In this document: in pieces, positions 1 to 17,388 of the stretch
Layout of the letters: each line of letters starts with the position of its first letter
How positions within the stretch are numbered: position 1 is the first letter of the stretch
DNA from: Adineta vaga
Lineage: Eukaryota; Animalia; Rotifera
DNA length: 64,000 nucleotides
Reading direction: 5' to 3'
NCBI GenBank assembly: GCA_021613535.1
Contig: CP075494.1
Coordinates: forward strand, 15,252,001 to 15,316,000
The notes under the pieces: model-generated
What the model saw: only the letters and a program-made list of their open reading frames with translations
Database searches by the model: none
What the model was told of the DNA's origin: nothing
Translations under genes and position numbers: made by a program

Positions 1-320
1 TCATAATGCTGAAAGAAGAACAAAATTTTTTTCAATTTATAAAATTCAAAAAGACAAAATCTTCTCACCTGAACAAGTGAATGAAGATTAGAAAAGAAAC
101 TTTCATCATCAATTGTATAACTTCGACTAATCAAATCAAATTTAATACGATAATGTTGAATTCGATTATCATCTTTAATTGATAATGTTAAATCTCCTGG
201 AAAATGTTCACTTTCACGGACAAGAAATGTTCCTATTGATTCATTTAGAAGTAACTGTTCAGCACGTTGACGAGTGATTTTACCGAAATTCCAATCAGAT
301 GTTTTACTAGGTTTAATCAT
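1..320 (-). CDS. Csk-like SH2-domain protein, 5' part (continues off the window); not in ORF track
   Basis: Exon 320-69 reads MIKPSKTSDWNFGKITRQRAEQLLLNESIGTFLVRESEHFPGDLTLSIKDDNRIQHYRIKF...TIDDESFFSNLHSLVQ, then a GT-AG intron (68-9), then HY. The W-x-x-G-K-I-T-R, FLVRES, PGD-x-TL and IDDE-x-F motifs match the Csk/Matk SH2 domain. No kinase domain is visible in the window. Confidence 0.75.
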   Translation of the reverse strand, partial: MIKPSKTSDWNFGKITRQRAEQLLLNESIGTFLVRESEHFPGDLTLSIKDDNRIQHYRIKFDLISRSYTIDDESFFSNLHSLVQVRRFCLFEFYKLKKILFFFQHY

Positions 321-751
321 TCGATTTATTTTCTTCTTGTTATTTGAAAAGAAGAAAAAGGTGTAGTAATGGTTATAAGTTATTTTTTATTATCTCGATC
401 GACTTTCTATTGGTCAATTTGATAGACCAATGAAATTCATTGAACTAAAGTTAGCTATGCATTATCGACTGTTTAGAATTCTTTTTTTTCCTCCTCTGTC
501 AGACATCGATCAATCAATAAATATGGCCACTGTCAGCTGCTATTCGTTCGCCGATACGGACGGACGCATTGTATATTGATTGATGAATGAATGACTCTTT
601 TGTTTTCTTATCTTTTCTCTTCTAGATCCATTCGATTTGTTTGTTTTTTTGTATATTATTATAGAACAAATTAATTATGATCTAAAAAGTAAATATTTCT
701 TTTCTCTTTATTTGAATATTCAGATTTTTGTTTTGTTTTGTTCAATAGACA

Positions 752-3720
<2,969 letters not shown>

Positions 3721-5029
3721 ATTCTTTTCTGCTGAAGGTGTATGTCTCATCAAACTTTCTTTTTCTAAATGTTGTGTGTTCTGTTTTTGTCAAGAAAGAA
3801 AGCAAATCTCTTTTCTTCTCTCCATCTTTCTGTATATATCTATCTATTTCTTTTCTTTTCAACCTGCGACTAGATTGGTAGTAGAAATCGATCTGAATTC
3901 TGTTTATTTCTATTTTACAAATAGACACACATTTCATTCTTTTTCTTTTGTCTGTCTTTTCTTTTTCTTAATCTGTACTTGTTGTGTGTTCGCGCTGATC
4001 TGTGTGTGTGCGTATGTGTTCAATGTCTACTACTACAAACATTCGTCGTCTTCTTATTTACATACGTGTTTGTCAATGAATATCATATGGAGGATGATGA
4101 TCATTTAAAAAAAATCTCTTTGAAATGATGGATCTTTAAAAGAAGTATCAAAAAAACTTCAAATGTTCATAACAAATGTTTTTTTCTCATTGTATTCTCC
4201 TTTTGTCTTTTATTTAAATAGAAAAGCTGTAATATCTATGGCCAAAGATAAATCTAAATAAACATATATATATATATATATATTTCATTGGTATTAATGA
4301 TCGATTTGTCCGACTAGACATCCTTCATCCTTTCAAGTATATTTTTAATGACAAAAAAATGTTTATTTTGACATAATCAGTAATTAAAAGAATGTATAAC
4401 AAATGGTAGACAGGCTTCTTTTATTACAATTCCATATATTATTTTCTTTTCTGTGACGAAGAAGAAAAATATATGCTCGATATCTCAAGTTATAATTCTT
4501 CTGATTTTTTCTATCGATAGTTGATTAACAAATGTTATTCACTTGTATGTGAAATTATATATTTACGAGAGAAATATTGAAGAGGAAAGAAAGATTACAC
4601 ATACTCATCAATATAAATACAAGGTTAGTCTTCAGTACGTTTTTCATGCACTAGTAATCGTCTCATATAGCAATGGTTCATCGACTATAAACATACATAC
4701 ATATATGTATGAAGAATATAAGATAAAAGAGACGAAGAGAAGAGAAAAAAAAACTTATGAGCAAATAGGTAATGTCATGACGAAAGACGTATTGTTAACC
4801 TTGATCAAGTATATATGCTTAATCATACGGTAAAGTAGCAAACGAAAGGCAGAAGCATATCAAACAAGACAGGAGAAGAAAAGGGAAGCGAAAAACGCAA
4901 AGTCATTGTGCGTTGTCGACAACGCTCGATTGACAAGTCTAATAAAATGTAAGTTCAATTCCAAAGAGAAAAGCACATACACACAAATTCATCACAATTT
5001 ATTTTAGGACTTTCGTCTAGCCGGCATGC

Positions 5030-5623
5030 ATGATCTCCAACATGCACTGCCGGTCGTCTTGTCCTACTAATAATATTCCTCAATGTTCTTCTTTTCTCTT
5101 CGTTCATACTAACAACATCAAACATAATAATTACTCTTCTTCATCATATCATAATCAAATACCAAATACACGACGTCATCATCATCGCCGACGACGATTA
5201 GAAGATCCGATTATCAGTTACGCATCGAATTACTATGCAACTTATTCTCATCAAATTTTACATTCGCCACCGCCATCACCAATACCACCACCAAAATCAT
5301 CTTCTCTTCTAACAACTCGTCGATTTAATCCAAAATCAACTCATAAAGACGGTTATTGTGATTTATACAATCTACTTGAACATTCTCCATCCGTTAAACC
5401 GAAAAAGAAAATTCTATTGAACGATGGACATCTTCATTGTTGTCATCCTTCAATAGATTCTAAAGAGACGGATATTAAAATGAAGAAATCTAACAAACGA
5501 ACTAATCGATCAACAAAACCCAATTGTCAACGACATTTATCAAGTAAAGGATTTTTTCGACGTATCGCCAACAATTATTTTTGTACTTTAAAAACTGATA
5601 CCGATGGAGAGATTTCGAGTTAG
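5030..5623 (+). CDS. Hypothetical 197-aa low-complexity basic protein
   Basis: Long ORF in AT-rich DNA with Pro/His/Arg runs, preceded by an intron-like segment (gtaagt at ~4949 to ttttag at ~5007). No recognisable domain. Confidence 0.5.
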   Translation: MISNMHCRSSCPTNNIPQCSSFLFVHTNNIKHNNYSSSSYHNQIPNTRRHHHRRRRLEDPIISYASNYYATYSHQILHSPPPSPIPPPKSSSLLTTRRFNPKSTHKDGYCDLYNLLEHSPSVKPKKKILLNDGHLHCCHPSIDSKETDIKMKKSNKRTNRSTKPNCQRHLSSKGFFRRIANNYFCTLKTDTDGEISS

Positions 5624-5840
5624 AAAAAGAAAACAAAACGACGATATGCAATGAAAAAGTGTTGATATTTGATTAAGAAAAAAAGAAAAACCGAGATTAA
5701 TTTTAACAATCGAACGTTTTATATTGACATTAAGATGATGATTACCAGAGAAATAAACATTAATAAAACAAGAGAAATAGAAAAGATTTTAAGCTTGATT
5801 AAATATGTAGGTGGTGTTGTTTTTTGTATATTGATTTGAT

Positions 5841-6251
5841 TTAAACAATATCATCAACTGTACGAGATCGTGCACAACAGCAGTATAAAATCAAACCTTT
5901 GAAAGACAATGAAAGATTTAAGAAAAAAAAAGACGAATGAATTGCATAAAAACATACCACCAATTGGAAAGAATATAATGATTAAAATCCAGATAAGTTT
6001 TGAACAAACTCCACGACCACTTGATTTAAGTAATTCAAAAATTGCAATTAAATCAAGAATCAATATAATCTAGATATATATTAGAAGAGAAATCTTTGAT
6101 ATTCTCGAATAAATAACACGTCCGTTTTACTTACTAAACCAAGAACTCCACCTACACTTGATCCAATAATAATTCGATTATCTTGCACATGTGCACCTAC
6201 GACTGATTGAATAAATAAAAAGATGATTGTAGCTACTAAAGATGAATTCAT
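5841..6251 (-). CDS. Small signal-peptide plus two-TM protein with a PLDc_N-like hairpin (3 exons)
   Basis: Exons 6251-6135, 6069-5958 and 5896-5841 give MNSSLVATIIFLFIQSVVGAHVQDNRIIIGSSVGGVLGLIILILDLIAIFELLKSSGRGVCSKLIWILIIIFFPIGGLILYCCCARSRTVDDIV. The LD-x-x-AI...K-L-x-W...FFP-x-x-G-L-I-L-Y pattern resembles the cardiolipin-synthase N-terminal (PLDc_N) domain. Confidence 0.7.
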
Positions 6252-6539
6252 TTTCTAATTATCTAAAAAGACAACATAGATTACTATCTGTTCGTCTAGG
6301 AATCGAAAGAAAAATGAATATATTGCATGGATGATGTAAAGAATATCGAAATGTGTGCCACAGATGTTAGAATAAAAATAAAAATAAGAAATGAAAGGAA
6401 CGAAGAACGACGACGTGGTTATATCACATTTTACTCTTTCACATCCTTTCGTTTAATATATACATTAATCTCAAAACATTAGTCACATTTACTACTTTAG
6501 AACAGTACATCTCGATTTTATCGTTCAGGAATTCGAATA

Positions 6540-8558
6540 ATGGAATGTTTATCAATTATTTTTCTTACTTCGTTTTTTCTACTGATTTTAAAATATATAT
6601 TACCTTTTCTAATACAATATATTCAACTTCGACAAGATTATCGAGATATTTCATTTCTTCCATTGTCATCATTTCCATTGGTAGGAAATTTACATCAGAT
6701 TGATTCACGAGGATATGTTTTTTTTCAATTACTTTGTCAAATGTCAAAAGAGTGTCAGATAAAACGAAAAGGAATCTTTTGTCTTTGGTATGCAATATGG
6801 CCTATAACTTTCGTTTGTGCAGCAAAAGGATTAGAAGTAAACAAAGAACAAAAAATTTCGATTATCTGTTTTTTGTAATTTATAAGCATATCAATTGATT
6901 TAGACATTTATTAGTAATAGTAAACAACTTGTTAAATCATTTGATTATAAACTTTTTGAACCTTGGCTGAAAACTGGTTTATTAACAAGGTATAATCTGT
7001 TAGAAATGAATATAAAATTGAATTGTTCATTCTTTTTTTTCCTATAGTAACAATGATAAATGGCGTACTCGTCGTCGTCTTATTACTCCTTCATTTCATG
7101 ATACTGAATTATTACGAAGTTTTATACACATATTCAATGAGCAAGCAATTATTCTAACACATCGTCTCGAACAATTGGCTCAACAATCAAATAAAACATA
7201 TGATCTTTATCCATACATATCTGCATGTACATTAGATATTATTGCTGGTCTGATTGTACTCTGTATTCGTACAAATAACTGATATTTTATTTTAGAAACG
7301 GCAACTGGTACTCATCTAAAAGCACAATTTGGCGATGAAAATAATACCGTTGTTCAAGCAACAACACGGTAAAATGAAGATAGAATCTACTCAAATATGA
7401 AAGTGTGTCTCCGTAGAATCGGTGAAATTATCAATTGTCGTATGCGATTTCCATGGTTATGGCCTGCATTTATCTTTAATCAACTACCCATTGGACGTGA
7501 ACATAACAGACTATTGAAAATCCTACATGATTGTTCTCGACAAGTCCGTCGTTCTTTAAACTAATAGTTTGATTATTCATTGTTATATGCACAGGTTATT
7601 GAAGAACGTCTTGTTGCATTTAATGCAGATGAAATGAATTGCAAACGTCGTTTGGTATTTCTCGATAGTCTTCTTATTCAAATGCACGCGCAGAAACTTT
7701 CATTGGACGATATTCAAGAAGAAGTCGATACATTTATGTTTGAAGGTCATGATACAACGGCAGCAGCTCTTAATTTCTTTTGCTATCTCATGGGATGTTA
7801 TCCAGATATTCAAGGCAAAGTACAAGCTGAATTAGATGCAATCTTTGCAGGTAATGAATTCGTTTTTTTCCCGCTCAATGTATGATTCTTATTGATTTAT
7901 AGATGATCGAGAGAGACCATGCACTTTGGAAGATATTGAACAAATGACCTATCTTGATTGTGTGATTAAAGTAAAGACCACTAATATTAGTGAAAAGAAG
8001 AAAGGATTATTGTTTTAATTTGAAAAGGAATCTATGCGTATTCTTCCACCAGTGCCGAGTATTGCTCGAGAAGCACAAATAGATTTTACATATCGTAAGT
8101 GTGAAAGAACATTTTTTTCCTATGAAAAGAAATCAATCAAATTGATGTACATCTTTCATTGTAGGTGATCAAATCGTACGTAAAGGTACTACTGTATTTA
8201 TTTTCATATATGGTATACATCTGATCAAGATGTCTTTCCCAATCCAGATAAATTTGATCCAGAACGATTTGCTGATAAGTCATTAATCAAAAATGAACAT
8301 TCGCCTTATGCTTATATTCCATTTTCAGCTGGTTCACGAAATTGTATTGGTAAGATAGGGATGATTTTCTTTAAAAATAATTATCATTGCTTCAAATCAG
8401 GTCAACGTTTTGCTGGATTGGAAGAAAGAGTAGTGTTATCAACATTATTTCGTCGATTTTCATTTCGTTCTACACAAAATATAGCTCAATTACATTTATC
8501 TATAGATGCTATTCTGCGACCTCAGGTTCCTATTCAAATGTTTATCGAACGACGTTAA
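6540..8558 (+). CDS. Cytochrome P450, CYP4 clan; apparent 1-nt deletion at ~8220
   Basis: [25 protein letters not shown]-helix [15 protein letters not shown]-helix KESMR, FDPERF and heme motif [15 protein letters not shown] across about 10 exons. The frame breaks between YGIH and DQDVFPNP. Confidence 0.9.
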
Positions 8559-9050
8559 TAATCGAAATAAATAATCTTTTTTTCTTATTTCATTTTAACA
8601 TCGATTATTTCATAGGCGAAAGAATTAGTTACGTAAATGATATTTCAAACATTCTATGGTATGATAGAAAAAGTTTGAAAATTATGAATGTAAGTGAGTA
8701 TGAAATAGATCTTTACTTTATCCACTATCCATGTCAACGCTTGTGGTTTTTGTCATCTGTATCATTTCTAATTTCGACATTTTTCCTTCCTCCATTTACT
8801 TCCCATCTATTCATGTTGACAACTGATAAATAATTACTCATAAAGTTTCTTCACATAGTAGAAATGCATGTAAAGCATTATTTATGCAAGGAAATGACTC
8901 ACTCTAAAATATTCTCAACATGAAGTAATGTATTTACTCACCTTTTAGTTTTCGAAAATGATTGATTGTCGGAAAAATTCGAGTCTGTCAAACTATTTAA
9001 GCGGACAACTTGCACGTTGATCTCTTACAGAATCTTTCTATATCGATATC

Positions 9051-9644
9051 ATGGCCGAATGTATTGACATGCCGAACTCTAAACGGATTGCGATAGTGGC
9101 ACATGATAACAAAAAGGAAGAATTAATCGACTGTCTCAAACAACATCGTACAGTTCTTACTCAACATAAACTATTTGGAACAGGCACTACTGGTTCTTTA
9201 GTAGAAAAAGAACTTGGTTTACCAGTGACAAAATTTCAAAGCGGTCCATTAGGAGGCGATCAACAAATAGGATCAATGATTGTTTCGCATGACATAGACA
9301 TGTTATTCTTTCTGATCGATCCATTGGACGCTCATCCACATACTGCCGACGTTCATGCTTTATTGAGAATATCAAACGTGTGGAATATTGTCAGCGCTAC
9401 AACAACTTCTACTATCGATTTCATCCTTCGCTCGTCCGAGCTGAATGAACCACATAGACGACGTGTTTCTCATTTGATTCGCCCAAAAGCAACTGCTATA
9501 AAAAATGCGAAAAAGTCTCAAATGTCTGCTCCGGGACAACACAAGCCTAATAGTGATGCTCAAAAGGCAGCAATCAAATTACCGCATTTGCCATCAAAGC
9601 GAAAAGAATCAGTTCTTCAACAGACTATTTTTAAAAAATGTTAA
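9051..9644 (+). CDS. mgsA: Methylglyoxal synthase, bacterial type, intronless, with a basic C-terminal extension
   Basis: IAIVAHDNKK, GTGTTG, SGPLGGDQQIG, FLIDPL, PH-x-x-DV-x-ALLR and VWNI motifs, colinear with bacterial MgsA. Confidence 0.93.
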   Translation: MAECIDMPNSKRIAIVAHDNKKEELIDCLKQHRTVLTQHKLFGTGTTGSLVEKELGLPVTKFQSGPLGGDQQIGSMIVSHDIDMLFFLIDPLDAHPHTADVHALLRISNVWNIVSATTTSTIDFILRSSELNEPHRRRVSHLIRPKATAIKNAKKSQMSAPGQHKPNSDAQKAAIKLPHLPSKRKESVLQQTIFKKC

Positions 9645-10722
9645 TTCAGTGGATTGTTTTCTCTTCAATAAAAATTCCTTCTTTCTAACACCAGCGTCAC
9701 TAAGTATTGTACTTTCAAAGGAAAAATAAAATTAATCATTTGTCTGCTAAATATAAAACCAAAAAATATTAAATGAGAAATATGATTATTTATTGTTTGA
9801 AAAGAGTTCATACAATTTAAAAATTAGTCGACATTAGTATCCAGAGGTATTGATGATCCCTCTTACGATTAGCATATTATTGTGGAGTCTTCGTTAAATT
9901 CTTGTATGTTTACAGATGAATTGTAGATTTTGCAGGTAATGTTTGGTATAAGAGTACATTTCTGAGTTACGTTTACTAGTTGCTTGTTTTCTCGGATTGA
10001 TGACTTTAGCGTACATGTGTAAATCATCTAACTGTTATATCTTATAACTTAGGAGGACCCGTGTGAATAAGAAGATCTACGCAACGCCGATGCCGGCATG
10101 TACACGATCAATCCATTGTATAATTAAACTCACTAATCTAATGAAACTGGATCGAGTTAATGCTAAAATGTTGATTAATGTCAACAATGAAAAATGATGT
10201 ATTGTGTGAAGAACTGATCTACAGCTTTAGTTGAATTTAATAGCTGTAACGTATGTATACTGTAATCTGCATTGAATTTATCATTCATTTAAGTATCAGA
10301 CGGTTTCGAAGATATTTATGAATTCACTCTTTGAGCCGAGCCGTATATTTGATGAGGGATTTGAAAAATTTCTATATCGACGATTAAGAATTCCTTGTAC
10401 CTTTAGATTTTGTTAAATTACATGATTCCTTATTACATGAGTATATCTTCGCATATGGCCGCTTACAACTATTTCTACTTGTTTTAGACGCATCCAATAA
10501 AGTCTTCAATGATTAAAAAAAGAAATAGTGCATATTAGTTACAAACTTGTTACGTACTTTATAAAACTGGTTTAGGTCGAATAATAAATCTTTGATCAGT
10601 GTTTCGACTTTAACCATTTTTAGAGTTTCATTAATCTCTATATCTTATCATAACTAGTGTTATTATTTGACGAGTATGAATTGTGAATAATATTGTGAAT
10701 GTAAACATTTGCGTGAAAGATA

Positions 10723-10968
10723 CCCATGTCGAACAGTACGGTCCGTACACTGGCTGTTATAACGGGTGTAATAATACGGTCCGTTTTGAATCCATACATA
10801 GCCGAAAAGTAACCGTTTTGACGTAAAATACAATTGGTTTTCGAGACAGTACAACTGCGCTCGTGATTACAGGGCGAAACGGCCTATTTACTGCCGTAAA
10901 GGTACTGTTTTGTCACAGTTTACGTTCCGAAAATGCACTGTATACAGCTCCGTTTTGATCAACCTGGG
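10723..10968. mobile_element. MITE-like non-autonomous DNA element (~246 bp) with imperfect TIRs and a TA target-site duplication
   Basis: Left end TA|CCCATGTCGAACAGTACGG versus reverse complement of the right end TA|CCCAGGTTGATCAAAACGG. The interior is GC-richer than the flanks, has repeated ACGG/CCGT words and no real ORF. Confidence 0.75.
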
Positions 10969-11117
10969 TAGTATTCTTGCAGTAAAAAAGATATCTAAGA
11001 AAATGAATATTTTTTCTACAACAGAAACATGTTGTATGGACTTTACATTAATGCTGCATATTTTATTTACAATTCGACTAGTTGTTAGAAAATAAAAAAA
11101 ACACATAAAGTATTGTT

Positions 11118-13135
<2,018 letters not shown>

Positions 13136-13174
13136 GTAAAAATATAATTTTATCTAAACAAAAGAAACAGTTAT

Positions 13175-13187
13175 TTTGCTAGGGAAC
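13175..13187. promoter_or_regulatory. Candidate RFX X-box upstream of TTLL9
   Basis: TTTGCTAGGGAAC, close to the GTTGCTAGGNAAC X-box type, about 40-50 nt upstream of the ATG of a ciliary gene. Confidence 0.4.
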
Positions 13188-13899
13188 CATTTTGGAAGTT
13201 CAATTTTACTAAAACTACGGAAGATAAAATGAATGAGAAAAAAATGGAAGAATACAAGAAAAGAGCACGCTTTGTAGTCGCAAATATGTATATAATACAA
13301 AGAAAATGAGAAGGCACGAGATTTATTTTGTACAATTTAACTGGAGAGTTGTACTTTTGCTGTTTGTAATTCATGTTTAACAGAATCGATCAATGTACGA
13401 AACCTAAAATAGAGAGAAAATGATTATAAACAATAAAACAAAAAGATAAATAAATCATCAATCACAATTTGTTATACGCGATATTGTGCAATCGAATATA
13501 GAGATGTGTAATATCAATATAGTTACATCAATACTGACAATGATATCATTGCTAGTCAGTAAATTGAAACTGCACATCTCTAATTAGATTCAATTTTTGT
13601 ATTCTCTCGTGAAATAGTTTTGAATCGAAGTGAACTTGTTAAAAATGGATTGTTTCGATTGAGATACAATTACATCACTGTGAAAATATAGTTTATCATT
13701 GATCGACTTCTCAATTAGTTGAATCGATTAAGTTAGATAGATTCGGTAAGTTATTATTGTGTGCATTTAATTATGTTCGAGCTATTCAATTAAATAAAGA
13801 AATTCTTTATTCGATAGCTGACAATAGAATATTAGTCATAACCTATGTGTCGATATATTATCGGATGATTCTGTTTCATACCATATGAAACTCAAATAC

Positions 13900-16800
13900 G
13901 CTACTCCTTCTTTCGTTTTCAATTGACGTCAATAATTGAGAAAATACCATCAATTTTCGTATTGAATGTAGATAATAAGTCTAGAAAAATAAAGATTATC
14001 TTACTGTCTATATCGATCATCAATATGTTCTCTTTCATCCTAAAAGAAATGACGAAAAAAGTGATATATTCAGAAGGAATATTTAAATACAAACTTCAGC
14101 TAGAATTCGATGTTTATTATATTCAATATCAAGATCAGATCTTATGTATTCATTTGATTTTCGTTGATAATCATCCACAGTTAATTTATTGATCAGAACT
14201 TCTCGTTTTGCTAATTCTGATGCAAAATATACTCGATCTGCTTCACAATCAAGTAATGTATTATTCAGATCTTGACGAAGTTTTCTCTCTTGATCTTGAT
14301 GAATTTCTAATTCTTGTTTCATCCAAGCAAGATGAGCCTAATGAATATTCAGATAAAAGAGAAACGATTTCAAATATTTGGTTACTTTTAATTTGCTTGT
14401 CCAAACTTCCATATCATCTCGAGGAGTTATTGCATGTTCAATTCGAAATGGTTGACTCGAATTTATCGATAGAGATTCCGTACAATGAACAATATCATTA
14501 TAGATCATTTGAAGAGAATGCTACAAAAATCAGTTGTTTTTAGTGATGATGAGATTAGAAGGATGATTATCTATACCTGATAATCATCATCTTTTTTGAT
14601 CATTTGATTCTTCTGATTATTCATTTCTACGACTAATTTATTAATTCTATCAATAAGTAAGATATTTATTCGATAAGATGAGAAAATAATCAAATCTTAC
14701 TTTGATTCTATTTCAGTAATTAATCGACACTAAATCGAAGATTAATAAAAATTTGAATAGAATTATTAATATTTACTTTATCTTGAATTTCTCTTGACAA
14801 TGTTTCAATGAGGTGTTGTTTTTGAATGGTTTCATCTTCAAATTTATTTGATTTATCTTGAAGTCTTTCAATTTCTTTTCTTTGTTCGTTTTCATACCGT
14901 TGTAAAGTATTCACTCGAAGTTTTTCATCGAAAAATTGTACCTGAAGACACCAAATATTTGGGAAAGATAGATATAATCGAAAGTTAAACTTCTTAACAA
15001 ACTTTAATTTGTTGATAATCTGTTTCAATTGAAAGTAATCGAACTTTTTCATCGGATAATAAATCTTTATCGAATTGAAGTTCTTTAATTCGTTGTAAGA
15101 AATTCTAAAAAGCAAAATGGGAAATTGAAATTGAAGAATGAGAATTTCGAACCTTTCGTTCAGATTCTAATTCATGAATTTGTTGTTGTAATTGTGAACG
15201 TGTTGCATTCGCTGTTTCAATTTCTTTCTAAAAGAATATTTATTGGATTAAATAAACGAAATGAAAAAAAGTTCGAACTTCATAATGTTTGAGTTTTAAA
15301 TCAGTATGATTTCGGTGATCAATTTGTTCTTGTAATCGTTGTTGACTATCTTGTTGTTCTCTATCAAGTTGTAATAACTGTTGACGTTGAATAGAAATTT
15401 GACTTGAAAGCTTAAAAGAATCAAAAACAATCAATCTTCTCCGTAAACAATTGCTCCTCAAAATGAAATCATTTCAAATAATACTTCTTACTGTCTCAAT
15501 TATATGTGACTTACTTCATTGACTGTTCCTTTTAATGTACCAACTTCATCTTGTTGAGAAGAACAAATGCCTTGGAGTTGAATAACCTATTCAATAATTA
15601 ATAGTAAAATATTTTCTTTAAAATCCAAAGTTTAATTTACATCAGTTTCTCTTCGTTTATATTGTTCTTCTAATTGATTATAACTTATCTATAAAAAAAA
15701 GAAGAAAAAAACAAATTTTTGATTTCTGAATAAATTTCATACATTTGAATCATTTAGATCAGTTTCAAATTTCATAATTTGTTCTCGTAAATCTACACAT
15801 TGTAATTTTTGATTATCGATTTCTTTGATTAATTGTTCATTTTTTTCAGCTAAATGTATTGAATCAAGTTTATATCGTTCGATGTCTTTCTCTAATTTTT
15901 GTACACGAGCTTTCCATCTAAATGAATAAATGTTTTTCAATTGAATGTAAATTTTTTTTCGCTCTACTGTTTAGTTGATTCTTGTGATTGAATTTGATAT
16001 TCTTCTCGTTTTTGTTCGGAATCTGCTAGTAATTTTTGTGAATTCATTGATTCTTGTGCAAAATGTTCAGCTTGTTCACTCATTTGTTCTAATCTTTCCA
16101 ATGCTAAAGTTAAATCATGTTGTAATTTATGATTTTGTCGTTCGAATGTATCACAATTTTCATTGACTTCTTTTAATTCAAGTGAAGTTTTCGAAAGAAG
16201 TTTCTCTTTTTGATCACATGTTTTTGTTAATGTCTAAACAAAATCCTTTTCAAATAGATTTAACAAATTAAAATTTACTTCTAATCGATCGGATAGTTGT
16301 TCACGTTGTCGTTCACTTTTTTCAAGTTCGTTCTTGAAACAAATCATTTCATTCAATGCAGTAGATCTTGAAAGTATATTTTGATGTTGAAGTAAATACT
16401 CATTTTCGGCTTGAAGAGAATCTATTTCTAAGATATGAACAACGAATTTATTTATTGAGAAGAATTTCTTCAAACCTATTTTACGTCGGCGATTTACGAA
16501 TAACAAGAAATCTTCATCTCGAGGTGTTGATATGACATCAGTTCGCATTAATTCGTCTCTATATTGCATTACCTGGAGATATATAAAGAGAAATTTCGAT
16601 CAAATTTAACGTAAAGTCATATATACATTTTCTCGAATTGTTTTTGCACATTCGCGTAGATTTGTCGAACTCTGAAAGTTAAAAGTAATTGATTATTTGT
16701 ATGAATATCAATTACCTGATGTGTTAATTGTATTTTCTTTGTTTGATTTTCTTCTATTTGTGGTTCGTACTGAAGATGATGATGATGACGATCGACAGTT

Positions 16801-17388
16801 GGATAATTAGACTCGAGATGAAATAATGAACCTTTTTCTTCCCGATTTCGTTTTAATTCACGTTCGACTTCCAATAAACGTCGATCAAGACGTGATTGAA
16901 CAACCTAAATCAAAATTAGAAACTTTCTTTACAACAAAACAATCTTTACTCTTTCAATAATCGACTCCTGTTTTGTTGAACTCATCTTCCCATTCAAATC
17001 CCGATCAATTCTAAAAACAAAGAAAACAATAACTTCTAATACTTCTTCATTTCAAGGCTTACACTTGTGGTTTTGTTATTGTTCTATTATTCTCTTCTCC
17101 ATTTGTTAATGTTGATATTCCCTCATTGTTTTTCAACTAGAAACAAAGCATAAAAGTACGTATTGGATTTCGATAAACTTACGGAATCAATCAAACTAAA
17201 TCTTGTTTGTTTTAATGTTTTCAAACTTTGTTGAGCATTTCGTAGTTCATTTTCTGTGTCCTAAATTACAGAAACAATGCAGATTTTCTTGACGGATTAT
17301 CGACTCAATTTACAATTAAAGCTGAATTTATCTGTCGAAGTTTTTCATTATTCACATTGGGTAATTGTCGTTTAGATGTTAAACTCAT
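13900..17388 (-). CDS. Long multi-exon coiled-coil protein, possibly centrosomal (weak CEP128-like); 3' end uncertain
   Basis: Starts MSLTSKRQLPNVNNEKLRQINSAL, followed by many E/Q/K/L-rich heptad exons with GT-AG introns. QSRLDRRLLEVERELKR recalls CEP128, but coiled-coil similarity is unreliable. Confidence 0.65.

Noticed and set aside
496-536. Recurring TGTCA and ATCGAT words in promoter-like regions
   Set aside because: Short words that are frequent throughout the window; enrichment cannot be shown without counting.
9800-10500. Slightly coding-like minus-strand stretch downstream of mgsA
   Set aside because: Interrupted by stops in the frames I read and no identifiable motif; may be a relic, but unsupported.
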